Below, piece after piece: positions 18,926 to 28,297 of a stretch of 64,000 nucleotides of DNA; position 1 is the stretch's first letter; each line of letters begins with the position of its first letter. The notes below the pieces were generated by a model. That model saw only the letters and a list, made by a program, of their open reading frames with translations. It did not search any database and had not been told where the DNA came from. The position numbers and the translations under genes were made by a program. The DNA comes from Candidatus Marinacidobacterales bacterium. Its GTDB lineage: Bacteria; Acidobacteriota; Vicinamibacteria; Marinacidobacterales; SMYC01. The DNA lies in contig CBDCYI010000011.1 of the NCBI GenBank assembly GCA_965224085.1, positions 544,001-608,000 of the forward strand, given 5' to 3'.

Positions 18926-20379
18926 GGTTTCTGTTGCTCGTTCGACGGCGGGCTGGGGGTGCCGCGTGGGACGCTCAGGACCTTCTTGAGCGGCAGGACC
19001 TCGCGATCCACCACCTGGCCATCCTTCATGATGAGCGAGATCTTGCGGATGTTGCTGACATCCTTAAGCGGATCAGCCTCCAGGATGACCAGATCCGCCA
19101 GCTTCCCTTTCTCGAGTGTTCCAAGATCGTCCAACAGGTGGTAGGCGGCGGCGATGTTGCGGGTGGCTGCCAGGATCGCGTCCATGGGCGCCATCCCCTT
19201 TTCCGCCATCGCCTCGAACCACAGGAAATGTCCCTCCCCGAGCTCCGTCGGCCGCTCGACGAGGAGCTTGGGGTCCGTCCCTTCCATCCGGTCGGGATCC
19301 CTCATGCCCGCATCCGTTGCGAGCAACAGGGGTGCGCCCGCCTCAATCAGCCGCACCTCGTTCTCGTGCCAGACCTGCAATCGTTCTTTACGGCGACTGC
19401 TGGGACGCGGATCCTCCTCGGCCCGCTCCAGCTCGATCTCGAGCCGCTTTGCCGTGCGTGGCTGCACCGCACAGTAGACATTCCTGTCGATCATCATCTG
19501 GATGGTGGAGTCCGGAATCGGCGTCGGCCCGGTCACCGAGCCGTGCTGGAGCATGTCGATGCCCGCTTCGATCGCCAGGCGGAGACTCTCCACCGACGTC
19601 GTGTGGGTCTGGGCAATGATGCCTGCCCGATGGCACTCCTCGATCATCGCCCTCTGGGCCTCGGGCGAGAACATGAGGAAGTTCTCCTCGCGATGGCCAC
19701 TGGCGCCGTACTTGAGGAAATCGATGCCGCGGGCGATGTACGTGCGGATCTCGGCTCGCACCTGCTCCGGCGTCATCCACAGCAGGTCCGGGCCGGTGTT
19801 CTCCTCCCAGGTCCAGTTGATCCGCTTCACCAGCGCCTTCGTCGCCGTGGTCTCCGCCGCGGCATTGAAGTCACGGCCCAGCGGGCCGCTGAAACCCACG
19901 ATGTTGCCGGCCACGAACATCCGGGCGCCCACGGTCTCCCCGCGGTTGATCCGATCCCGCACGTTCATCAATGGCTGCAAAGGACCCCACGAGTCGAACA
20001 CCGTGGTCAGCCCGTTTTTGAGGCTCACCTGAGCTGCCTCCTCGATCGGGTCCTCGTATCGCCCCTCGTAGCGCACCACGAACTCGATGGAGGAGTTCAG
20101 CACCAGATGGACGTTGGCGTCCATCAACCCCGGGATGACGTAGCGGCCTGTGGCGTCGATCTGGCGTGCCCCATCGGGCACCTGTATCTCGTCCCTACGA
20201 CCCACCGCGGCGATCCTTCTGCCTTCGATGACGATCACGGCGTCGTCGACCGGTGGCCCTCCGGTGCCGTCGATGAGCGTAGCTCCCACGATCGCGGTGG
20301 TGTCTTGAGTGGAAGCGCTGGGAACAAAAACAAGCGGCAAAGCAAAAAAGAACACTGGGACAAAATGTCTTGCGTTCAT
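18922..20379 (-). CDS. Exported amidohydrolase, NxH variant, subfamily A (AH7)
   Basis: GGAGG RBS, signal peptide, PGLMDANVH, KYGASGH, AQTH, LQH, ATDAG, LGEGHF. Confidence 0.93.
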   Translation of the reverse strand: MNARHFVPVFFFALPLVFVPSASTQDTTAIVGATLIDGTGGPPVDDAVIVIEGRRIAAVGRRDEIQVPDGARQIDATGRYVIPGLMDANVHLVLNSSIEFVVRYEGRYEDPIEEAAQVSLKNGLTTVFDSWGPLQPLMNVRDRINRGETVGARMFVAGNIVGFSGPLGRDFNAAAETTATKALVKRINWTWEENTGPDLLWMTPEQVRAEIRTYIARGIDFLKYGASGHREENFLMFSPEAQRAMIEECHRAGIIAQTHTTSVESLRLAIEAGIDMLQHGSVTGPTPIPDSTIQMMIDRNVYCAVQPRTAKRLEIELERAEEDPRPSSRRKERLQVWHENEVRLIEAGAPLLLATDAGMRDPDRMEGTDPKLLVERPTELGEGHFLWFEAMAEKGMAPMDAILAATRNIAAAYHLLDDLGTLEKGKLADLVILEADPLKDVSNIRKISLIMKDGQVVDREVLPLKKVLSVPRGTPSPPSNEQQKP

Positions 20380-20478
20380 CGTTCCTCCAAGAGCCTGTGA
20401 CGTGAGGGAGTGAGCCATTTCTCTTCCTCGGTGACTTGCCTTCTGCCGTTGCCGAGGGCGATAGTACTGTCCCGAAGC

Positions 20479-22836
20479 TCATTGCGGCGGAGTAAAAGCG
20501 TCTTCCGGCTTCTTGATCTCGTAGTCGGCTGGCGGCTCCACGTGGAGGAGGTGCTCGACGAAGTAATCCCACAGCAGCCGAATGAAGTACGGATCCTGGG
20601 TGAAGCTGTGCGCCCGGTCCGGCATGATCATGAAGTCGAACTTCTTGTTCGCTTTGATCAGCGCGTCGATTACCTGCAGCGTCATGGCGGGATGCACGTT
20701 ATCGTCCATGTCTCCATGCACGAGCAACAACTTCCCCTTCAGGTTGTCTGCGAGAAGATAGTTGACCTGATTCTCGTAGTTGTCCTTGCCCGTCGCTTCG
20801 TCCTTCTCGAGCAGCCCCTGATACTTCTCGGCCCAGGTGTTTCGGTAGCTGCGATTGTCGTGATTGCCCGCCGAGGAAACCGCTACTTTGAAGAAATTCG
20901 GGTACCGGAGGATCGCGTCGGTAGAGGCGAACCCGCCTCCCGAGTGCCCGTAAATCCCGACCCTGTCCAGGTCGATGAAGGAATGTCTCGCCCCCAGTTG
21001 CTTGAGCGCTGCGATATGGTCGGGTATCCCGTTGTCGCCCATGTTCCCGTACCAGGTGTCGTGGAACGCCTTGGAGCGGAAATTCGTGCCCATCGCTTCG
21101 ATGTGCACCACGATGAATCCGAGCTCTGCGAGGGCATGCACCTGGCGGGCCCTGGCCTCGCCGTTGCTCGGGGAGAAGTTTCTCTGCCTGACAATGGTCT
21201 GAGGGCCAGGATAAATATTATCGATGATCGGGTACTTCTTGGCGGGATCGAAGTCTGACGGCTTGTACATGACTCCGTAGAGGTCGGTGGTGCCATCGCG
21301 GGCCTTCACCGTGAACGGCTCCGGCATGCGCCAACTGGTGGCCAACAGCCCGGAAATATCCGCCTCCTCGAGTTTCCGGATCACCTTGCCGTCAACCGGA
21401 GACCGCAGCACGGTCACGGGTGGCTTGTCCACGCTGGAATAGGTGTCCACGACGTAATTGCCGCTCGGAGAGAACGCGACGTTGTGGTTCGCCTCTTCCT
21501 GCGTCAATAGTTGCAGACGCGATCCCTCGAGGTCCGTGCTGTACAGGTGAGCCCAGTACGGATCCCTACCGGGTTCTCTGCCCCGTGCCGTGAAGTAGAT
21601 CTGGCCAGCGGCCTCATCAACGTGGAGGAGATTCCCTACCGTCGAGGCGCCGGACGTGATCTGATTCTTGAGATTGTCCTTCGCGTCGTAGCGATAGAGA
21701 TGGGCCCACCCGTCTCGCTCGGAGAACCAGATGACGTCGTCTCCGTTGTTGGCCACCGTCCAGTTGGGTGGTCCCCTCGAAAGCATCAACTCCACGTACG
21801 TCGCGCTCGATTCTTCCACCAGGCGCCGCACCGTGCCGGTCGAGGCGTCTGCCTCCATGAGCCGGACGCGCTTGGGCCCACGGTTGATGTGGGTGAAGTA
21901 GAGCTTGTCCGACGACTTACTCCATTTCACTGTCACCCACTGGTCCTCTCGTACGCCCGAAAGACTCGAGACCGATGGCTGCGGGTCGGACTGCACCTTG
22001 ATGTTTGCCTTCGAGCCAACGTCGATGATGTGTATGTCGAACCGCGGAACGTTGGCGTCGCCCGGCAGTGCGTAAGGATAGGAATAGTGCATGGGGCGCT
22101 GATGTGTCGACGAGTACAGGTGCATGTGCTCTACGTTCCGCTCGTCCATGCGTTGCACCACAATCTTTCTCGAGTCCGGAGACCATTCGAGGACCGGCCG
22201 CACCTTTGTCTTTTTGATGATCTGGCTCGGGGTGGGGTCCGTGACGCCATACGCCCAGTAACGAACGCCGTCAGTGGTGAGCTGGATTGCTTCGCCACCG
22301 CTGGCCGGCCGGACATGGAGGTTGTACTCGTCGATGAACGCCTCCCGGTCACCGTCTGGGGACAAGACGTGCGTCGGTGGGCGAAGCTCTCCTTTCCTGA
22401 TGGAGCAGTGGTACGCGGTGATGTCGCAGCGGAAGAGCTTCTCGTCGCCGGCTTCGAACTCGATCCCCTGCTCGCCATCCACGAACTCGAAGGTCCTGAA
22501 CGGCAACTTGCCGGGTTCGTAGTGCTTTTCGTTGTTAGCCAGCGACATAGCGGCGGCCAGTTTCACGTTATCGAACAACGGGCGCTCGGTGTCACGCACT
22601 GGATCCACCAGGATGAATTGGGGGCCGTTGCTCGTCGGGACCCGGTACCAAAAACGGTTACCATCCTTCATCCATTCGGGATCGGCAACGTCCCCCGTGA
22701 TGAGCGGCGCGAGGTTCCAGCTCAGCATCTGCTCCGCGCGCCGATAGTCGACCTGTGCCGAGAGTGGCGGCACAGACATCACCAACGCGAGGGATACGGT
22801 CAAGAGCCCGGGTAGAGCCGTCGAAAGGTGTGACAT
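20479..22836 (-). CDS. S9B dipeptidyl-peptidase IV-like protein, exported
   Basis: DPP IV N-terminal propeller, IYPGP, YGHSGGG, HGDMDDNVH, DRAH. Confidence 0.92.
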   Translation of the reverse strand: MSHLSTALPGLLTVSLALVMSVPPLSAQVDYRRAEQMLSWNLAPLITGDVADPEWMKDGNRFWYRVPTSNGPQFILVDPVRDTERPLFDNVKLAAAMSLANNEKHYEPGKLPFRTFEFVDGEQGIEFEAGDEKLFRCDITAYHCSIRKGELRPPTHVLSPDGDREAFIDEYNLHVRPASGGEAIQLTTDGVRYWAYGVTDPTPSQIIKKTKVRPVLEWSPDSRKIVVQRMDERNVEHMHLYSSTHQRPMHYSYPYALPGDANVPRFDIHIIDVGSKANIKVQSDPQPSVSSLSGVREDQWVTVKWSKSSDKLYFTHINRGPKRVRLMEADASTGTVRRLVEESSATYVELMLSRGPPNWTVANNGDDVIWFSERDGWAHLYRYDAKDNLKNQITSGASTVGNLLHVDEAAGQIYFTARGREPGRDPYWAHLYSTDLEGSRLQLLTQEEANHNVAFSPSGNYVVDTYSSVDKPPVTVLRSPVDGKVIRKLEEADISGLLATSWRMPEPFTVKARDGTTDLYGVMYKPSDFDPAKKYPIIDNIYPGPQTIVRQRNFSPSNGEARARQVHALAELGFIVVHIEAMGTNFRSKAFHDTWYGNMGDNGIPDHIAALKQLGARHSFIDLDRVGIYGHSGGGFASTDAILRYPNFFKVAVSSAGNHDNRSYRNTWAEKYQGLLEKDEATGKDNYENQVNYLLADNLKGKLLLVHGDMDDNVHPAMTLQVIDALIKANKKFDFMIMPDRAHSFTQDPYFIRLLWDYFVEHLLHVEPPADYEIKKPEDAFTPPQ

Positions 22837-22871
22837 CTCAGCACTCTCTCATGCTTCGAAAAGCAACCTCC

Positions 22872-22900
22872 GCTATACTCCCCCCAACAAGCGTTGTCAA
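22872..22900 (-). promoter_or_regulatory. Sigma70 promoter of the DPP IV gene
   Basis: TTGACA (22900-22895), 17-nt spacer, TATAGC (22877-22872). Confidence 0.6.
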
Positions 22901-22933
22901 CAGAGGCTGCCGCTTAGTGTCTCTTCCGGGGAT

Positions 22934-23457
22934 GGTCGAAACCCCTCGCCTTTAGGCGAAGAGAAGATCGTGGTATTGTGGTCGCGTGCGTCACTACAGG
23001 CACGGAGCGCACACGAAAACGGACCTAAAAGCGCACATCGTTTGGATACCGAAATATCGTAAAAAGGTTTTGATCGGTCCAGTAGCGGTTCGTGTGCGCG
23101 ATCTGATTCGTCAGATCGCGATGGAACATGAGCTGCACATAATCTCGGGTAAGGTTGCACGCGACCACGTCCACGTGTTCGTATCCTACCGACCACACCA
23201 GGACCTGAGTACGATCGTGCAGTGGCTAAAAGGAATAAGCTCCCGAGTACTCCTTCAGGAGTTTGCTCACCTGAGGAAGAAGTTTTGGGGCCGGCACTTC
23301 TGGGCCCGAGGATATCTGGCGGTGAGTTCAGGAAGCATAACGGACGAGATGGTAAAGGAGTACATAGACTCCCAGGATGGCGAGCCTCTTCACGACGACA
23401 GTCAATTTCCAATTGACAGCCCTTGAAGCCACCGCCTTCTAGGCGGTGGTTGTTCAC
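22934..23457 (+). mobile_element. Complete IS200-type element (tnpA only, no tnpB)
   Basis: Left hairpin TCGCCT-TT-AGGCGA (22946-22959), right hairpin CCACCGCCT-TCT-AGGCGGTGG (23429-23449), ends in TTCAC. Left boundary approximate. Confidence 0.85.
22986..23426 (+). CDS. tnpA: IS200/IS605 HUH (Y1) transposase
   Basis: HIVWIPKYRKKVL, DHVHVF (HUH), LKGISSR, FWARGY, VKEYI (Tyr). Confidence 0.95.
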   Translation: MRHYRHGAHTKTDLKAHIVWIPKYRKKVLIGPVAVRVRDLIRQIAMEHELHIISGKVARDHVHVFVSYRPHQDLSTIVQWLKGISSRVLLQEFAHLRKKFWGRHFWARGYLAVSSGSITDEMVKEYIDSQDGEPLHDDSQFPIDSP

Positions 23458-23503
23458 TTGAATCGGGGAACTACGGATCGAGGAACTACGTTAGGAGGAT
23501 GCC

Positions 23504-25051
23504 ATGATTCTTAAAGGTCTCCGTACCTATGTTCTCCTTGGCTTTCTCATGGCAGGGCTCTTGCTCGCCGTTGCGTCCGCTGCCGGAGCGGTCCAGGCGC
23601 TCGACGCCGTCACGGCCATCGTGGGAGCCACTATCATCGACGGAAACGGGGGGCCGCCTGTCCCCGACGCGACGATCGTGGTCCAGGGGAAGCGGATCGC
23701 CGAGGTCGGCTTCCAGGCCTCAGTGCGCGTGCCGCCAAATGCCAGGGTCATCGACGGCACCGGGAAGTACGTGACCCCCGGTTTTATCGACACGAACGTC
23801 CACATGTCCCCCATCAGTGGCGAGCTCAACTACGCCCGCTACTGGGACCGTCTGGAGGACCTGGTCCTTTCGGGAGTGCAGCTTCAGCTCAAGTACGGGG
23901 TCACTACGGTTCGCGACAGCTTTGGCCCCCTGCTCCCCCTGATCGAGGTGCGGGATGCGATCGCCAGGGGAGAGGTGGTGGGCCCCCGCATGTACGTGGC
24001 CGGAAATATCGTGGGATGGGGAGGCTCGTACTCCCTGACGATGAGGGGCATCCGCGAATCGGAGATCGACTTCTTTCAGGAGCAGATCAACGACTTCTTC
24101 ACTCTGGGAAGCGGAGAAGAGCTGATCCTCATGACTCCCGACGAGCTCAAGGTCGCCATCAACGCCTACCTCGACAAGGGGCCGGACTTCATCAAATACG
24201 GGGGCTCCACGGAAGTTGGCCCCCCTTACCTGATTCTCTTTTCCCCCCGCGCCCAGCGGGTGATCGTGGAGGAGACGCACAAGCGGGGCCTGGTGGCGGA
24301 GACCCACGCAAAGGGCCTGGAAGCGCTTCGACTCTCCATCCTGGCGGGAATCGACCTCATTCAGCATCCCGAAGCAGTCGGGCTCCGGGAGCTCACTGAT
24401 GAGCTCGAGGAGCTCATCGTGGAGCGAGACATCATCTGCTCGCTACTCCCGAACAAGTACACCGGCCGGATTTGGAGGAGGCATCTCGACGAGCGGGAGA
24501 AGACGCGGAGCGAACGGGAGGAGGCGAACCGGCTGCGTTCGCGCCAGATGCCCAAGACCTCGGCCGAGGTACGACGCGACGTGAGGGAGACGGGGCTCCC
24601 CAACCCAGGCACCGTGCTGAAGGGAAACTTGGAGATGCGGCAACGCAACGGGAGGAAGCTCATCCGTGCCGGGTGCATCATCTCGGTGGGGGCCGACAAC
24701 CTTCTCTTCGGTCGGCCCGGAGTCTCGCCCGAGTTTCTTCGCGAGGACCACCCCGTGCCGGAACACTTGGAGCCGGGGATCGGGACGATCATCGCGATAG
24801 AGGGGCTCGTGGAGCTCGGGATGACGCCCTCCGAGGCCATCGTGGCCGCAACCAAAAACGGCGCCATGGCTTGCAAGGCGTTGGACGAGTTCGGTACCCT
24901 GGAGGTCGGGAAGCTGGCCGATCTCTTGATCCTGGGGGCGGATCCGCTGGCCGATATCTCAAACATCCGCAGGCTCGAAACCGTGATCAAGGAGGGTCAG
25001 ATCATCGACCCCAAGAGCCTCGCTACCAAGCGTGCTTACCCAAAGTGGTGA
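23504..25051 (+). CDS. Exported amidohydrolase, NxH variant, subfamily C (AH8)
   Basis: AGGAGG RBS, DTNVH, KYGGSTE, AETH, IQHP, GADN. Confidence 0.93.
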   Translation: MILKGLRTYVLLGFLMAGLLLAVASAAGAVQALDAVTAIVGATIIDGNGGPPVPDATIVVQGKRIAEVGFQASVRVPPNARVIDGTGKYVTPGFIDTNVHMSPISGELNYARYWDRLEDLVLSGVQLQLKYGVTTVRDSFGPLLPLIEVRDAIARGEVVGPRMYVAGNIVGWGGSYSLTMRGIRESEIDFFQEQINDFFTLGSGEELILMTPDELKVAINAYLDKGPDFIKYGGSTEVGPPYLILFSPRAQRVIVEETHKRGLVAETHAKGLEALRLSILAGIDLIQHPEAVGLRELTDELEELIVERDIICSLLPNKYTGRIWRRHLDEREKTRSEREEANRLRSRQMPKTSAEVRRDVRETGLPNPGTVLKGNLEMRQRNGRKLIRAGCIISVGADNLLFGRPGVSPEFLREDHPVPEHLEPGIGTIIAIEGLVELGMTPSEAIVAATKNGAMACKALDEFGTLEVGKLADLLILGADPLADISNIRRLETVIKEGQIIDPKSLATKRAYPKW

Positions 25052-25080
25052 CTGGAATTCCCAATCGTTAGGAGGATGCC

Positions 25081-26601
25081 ATGATTCTCAAGGATCTACG
25101 TACCTTTGTTCTCCCGGGCTTTCTCATGACCGGGCTTTTGCTCGTCGTTCCGTCCGCCGCCGGAGCGGTCCAGGCGCCCGACGCCATCACGGCCATCGTG
25201 GGAGCCACCATCATCGACGGAAACGGGGGCTCTCCCCTCCCAGACGGGACGATCGTCGTCCGGGGCACGCGGATCACAGCTCTCGGGCCGCGGATCTCGG
25301 TCCAGGTTCCCCGCGGGGCCAGGCTCATCGACGGGATCGGGAAGTACGTGACCCCGGGGCTCATCGATACCAACGTGCACATGTCCCCTTTGAGTGGCCA
25401 GACGACGTTTGCCCGGTATTGGGACCGACTCGACGATGTGATCCTTCAGGGGGTACAGCTCCAGCTGAAGCACGGGGTCACCACGGTCCGCGACAGCTAC
25501 GGCACCCTTCTTCCCATGATCAAGGTGCGGGATGCGATTGCGCGCGGCGAGCTGGTCGGCCCCCGCATGTTCGTAGCAGGAAACATCGTCGGCTGGGGTG
25601 GTCCCTATTCCGAGACTTTCTCCCACACCGACGAATCGAATCTCACCCTCTTCGAGGAGCAGATGAACGACTTCTTCACTCAGGGGAGCGGTGAGGAGCT
25701 GGTCCATATGAGCCTGGACGAGCTTCGGGTGGCGATGAACGAGTATCTCGACAAGGGACCCGACTTCATCAAGTACGGCGGCTCCTCGCACCCGAACTAT
25801 CCGTCTCTCATCGAGTTCTCCCTTGATGCCCAGAAGGTGATCGTCGAGGAAACGCAGAAGCGGGGGCTCGTTGCGGAGATCCACACCAAGGGCTTCGAGG
25901 GGCTGAAGCTCTCCATCCTGGCCGGCATCGATCTGATCCAACACCCCGATGCCGTCGGCTACAGGGAGATCCCGGACGAGCTCGTTGAGATGATCGCCGA
26001 GCGAGGCATCATCTGTTCCCTGCTTCCCAACAAGTACACAGGGAAAGTCTGGCAGAAGTACTTGAAGGAGCGGGAAGACGCACGGAAGGAGTGGGAGAAG
26101 ACCCGGAAGCGGAAGGCGCCTCTCACCACTGCAGAAATCCGCAGGATGGTCCAGGAGACCGGATGGGAGCACCCAGGGACGGTTTTCGGGCAGAATCTGG
26201 AGATGAGGCGAGTCAACGGGAAGAAGCTCATCGAGGGAGGGTGCATCATCTCGGTTGGACCCGACAACACCGTCGGAAGAGCGCCCGAATTCCGTCGCAC
26301 GAAGAAGTCGGAGCATCTGGAGCCGGGGATCGGAACCATCATTGCAATCGAGGGCCTCGTGGAGCTCGGCATGGCCCCCTCGGAGGCGCTCGTGGCGGCC
26401 ACGAAGAACGGGGCCCTCGCCTGCAAGGCGCTCGACGAGTACGGAACGCTTACGGTGGGGAAGCTGGCAGACATCCTCGTCCTGGATGGGGACCCCCTGG
26501 CCGACATCTCGAACATCAGGAAGCTGGAGATGGTGATGAAGGAGGGTACGATCATCGACGTGGAGAGCCTCCCGACGAAACGCGTGTACCGCGAGTGGTA
26601 G
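25081..26601 (+). CDS. Exported amidohydrolase, NxH variant, subfamily C (AH9)
   Basis: AGGAGG RBS, DTNVH, KYGGSSH, AEIH, IQHP, GPDN. Confidence 0.93.
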   Translation: MILKDLRTFVLPGFLMTGLLLVVPSAAGAVQAPDAITAIVGATIIDGNGGSPLPDGTIVVRGTRITALGPRISVQVPRGARLIDGIGKYVTPGLIDTNVHMSPLSGQTTFARYWDRLDDVILQGVQLQLKHGVTTVRDSYGTLLPMIKVRDAIARGELVGPRMFVAGNIVGWGGPYSETFSHTDESNLTLFEEQMNDFFTQGSGEELVHMSLDELRVAMNEYLDKGPDFIKYGGSSHPNYPSLIEFSLDAQKVIVEETQKRGLVAEIHTKGFEGLKLSILAGIDLIQHPDAVGYREIPDELVEMIAERGIICSLLPNKYTGKVWQKYLKEREDARKEWEKTRKRKAPLTTAEIRRMVQETGWEHPGTVFGQNLEMRRVNGKKLIEGGCIISVGPDNTVGRAPEFRRTKKSEHLEPGIGTIIAIEGLVELGMAPSEALVAATKNGALACKALDEYGTLTVGKLADILVLDGDPLADISNIRKLEMVMKEGTIIDVESLPTKRVYREW

Positions 26602-26626
26602 GCCAGTCAGGGTCTCGAGATCGGGG

Positions 26627-28174
26627 TTAACGCCTGTAGAAAATTGGGTTCGTCGGCAGCTTTCGGTGGTCGATGATCTGGCCCTCCTTCATGACGACAC
26701 CGAGCTTGCGGATGTTCGAGATGTCGGCAAGGGGATCGGCATCCAATACCAGGAGGTCGGCAAGCTTGCCCGTTTCCAGCGTCCCGAACTCATCGAGGGC
26801 TTTGCAGGCCAACGCCCCGTTCTTGGTCGCTGCAACGATCGCCTCCGAAGCGGTCATGCCGAGCTCGACCAGACCTTCGATGGCCATGATCGTACCGATG
26901 CCCGACTCCTGCCATATGCGTTTCGGGGCTCGTAGATATTCAGGCCCTGTGCCGGGAGCATTATCCGTACCCAGGGTGACGATACAGCCGCCGTCGATCA
27001 GCTTCTTGGCGTTAACTCGGCGCATCTCGGTGCCGTGCCCGAGCTCACGGAGCTCCCGTCGCCGCTCGGCCGACGTCTTTTTCCGGTTGATTTGCTTTTT
27101 CAGCCCGACCCGGGCAGCCTCTTCTCGCTCCTCGGCTAGTTTCTTTTTGGCCGCCTCCTTGTCCTTGAGGTGCTTCTGCCATGCCACCCCAGTGTAAGTG
27201 TTGATCAGCATCGAGCAAATGGTTCGTCGCTCACGAATCTCGCGGACGAGCTCGTCGGATATCTCCCTTCCCGCCAGAACCGCGGGATGTTGAATGAGAT
27301 CGATTCCCGCTTCTACGGTGAGCCGGAGTCCTTCTGGGTTGGTTGCGTGGGTCTCGGCCACCAGCCCTCGCTTTTGGGTTTCCTCGACGATCACGCGCTG
27401 CGCTTCGGGCGAAAACCCGATGAGGGTCGGAAAGAACCAGTGGCTGGTTCCTCCGTACTTGATGAAGTCCGGACCCTTGTCGAGGTACTTGTTGATGGCG
27501 ACCCGGAGCTCCTCCGGATACATGTCCATGAGGTCCTCGCCGGAGCCTTGCGTGATGAAATCGTTGAACTGCTCTTCCCAGAGCGAGAGCCCCTGCTCCC
27601 GGACCACAGAGAACGTCACCGAGTGGGGGCCACCCCAGCCGACGATGTTCCCGGCAACGAGCAGGCGCGGCCCGATCTCCTTTCCCTTGGCGATGGCTTC
27701 TCTAACCTCGATCATCGGAAGCAGAGCCCCGTAACTGTCACGAAGAGTGGTGACCCCGTACTTCAGATGCATCTGGGCGCCTTCCAGGGTCAGCTCGGCG
27801 TTCCGGTGCTGGTAGTAGACGGCGCTTTCCTTGCCAGGACCTCTACGAGCGAAGGTCACGGAGATATGCACGTTCGTGTCGATGAATCCCGGGGTGACAA
27901 ACTTTCCCGTACCGTCGATGACGCGCGCACCCGACGGAACATCGACTGAGGCCCGTGGGCCCACCGCTTGGATACGCTCCCCGACCACAACCACTGTCGC
28001 GTCCTTGACCGGTGGTCCGCCATTGCCGTCGATCACCGTCGCTCCGACAATGGCCGTGGCACTCCGGGAAGCCTGAGTGGCATGCGCCGGGAGCCCGAGG
28101 GCGGCAAGCAGCATGAACAACAGCATGAGGGACAATCCTATGGAGATGGGGTTCCACGCTCTCTTGGAATGCAT
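26627..28174 (-). CDS. Exported amidohydrolase, NxH variant, subfamily C (AH10)
   Basis: GGAGG RBS before ATG 28174, signal peptide, DTNVH, KYGGTSH, AETH, IQHP, GTDN. Confidence 0.93.
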   Translation of the reverse strand: MHSKRAWNPISIGLSLMLLFMLLAALGLPAHATQASRSATAIVGATVIDGNGGPPVKDATVVVVGERIQAVGPRASVDVPSGARVIDGTGKFVTPGFIDTNVHISVTFARRGPGKESAVYYQHRNAELTLEGAQMHLKYGVTTLRDSYGALLPMIEVREAIAKGKEIGPRLLVAGNIVGWGGPHSVTFSVVREQGLSLWEEQFNDFITQGSGEDLMDMYPEELRVAINKYLDKGPDFIKYGGTSHWFFPTLIGFSPEAQRVIVEETQKRGLVAETHATNPEGLRLTVEAGIDLIQHPAVLAGREISDELVREIRERRTICSMLINTYTGVAWQKHLKDKEAAKKKLAEEREEAARVGLKKQINRKKTSAERRRELRELGHGTEMRRVNAKKLIDGGCIVTLGTDNAPGTGPEYLRAPKRIWQESGIGTIMAIEGLVELGMTASEAIVAATKNGALACKALDEFGTLETGKLADLLVLDADPLADISNIRKLGVVMKEGQIIDHRKLPTNPIFYRR

Positions 28175-28297
28175 CGTTACCTCCGAGGCCAGAATAGCGG
28201 CGCCTGCCTTTCCGTCTGGCAGAAAGAGGCCGGCGGCGCGCCGTTCCCCGAAACGGGCAGCGTCGGCCGTGAACAACCTTTCGGGCGAGCCTATCGG

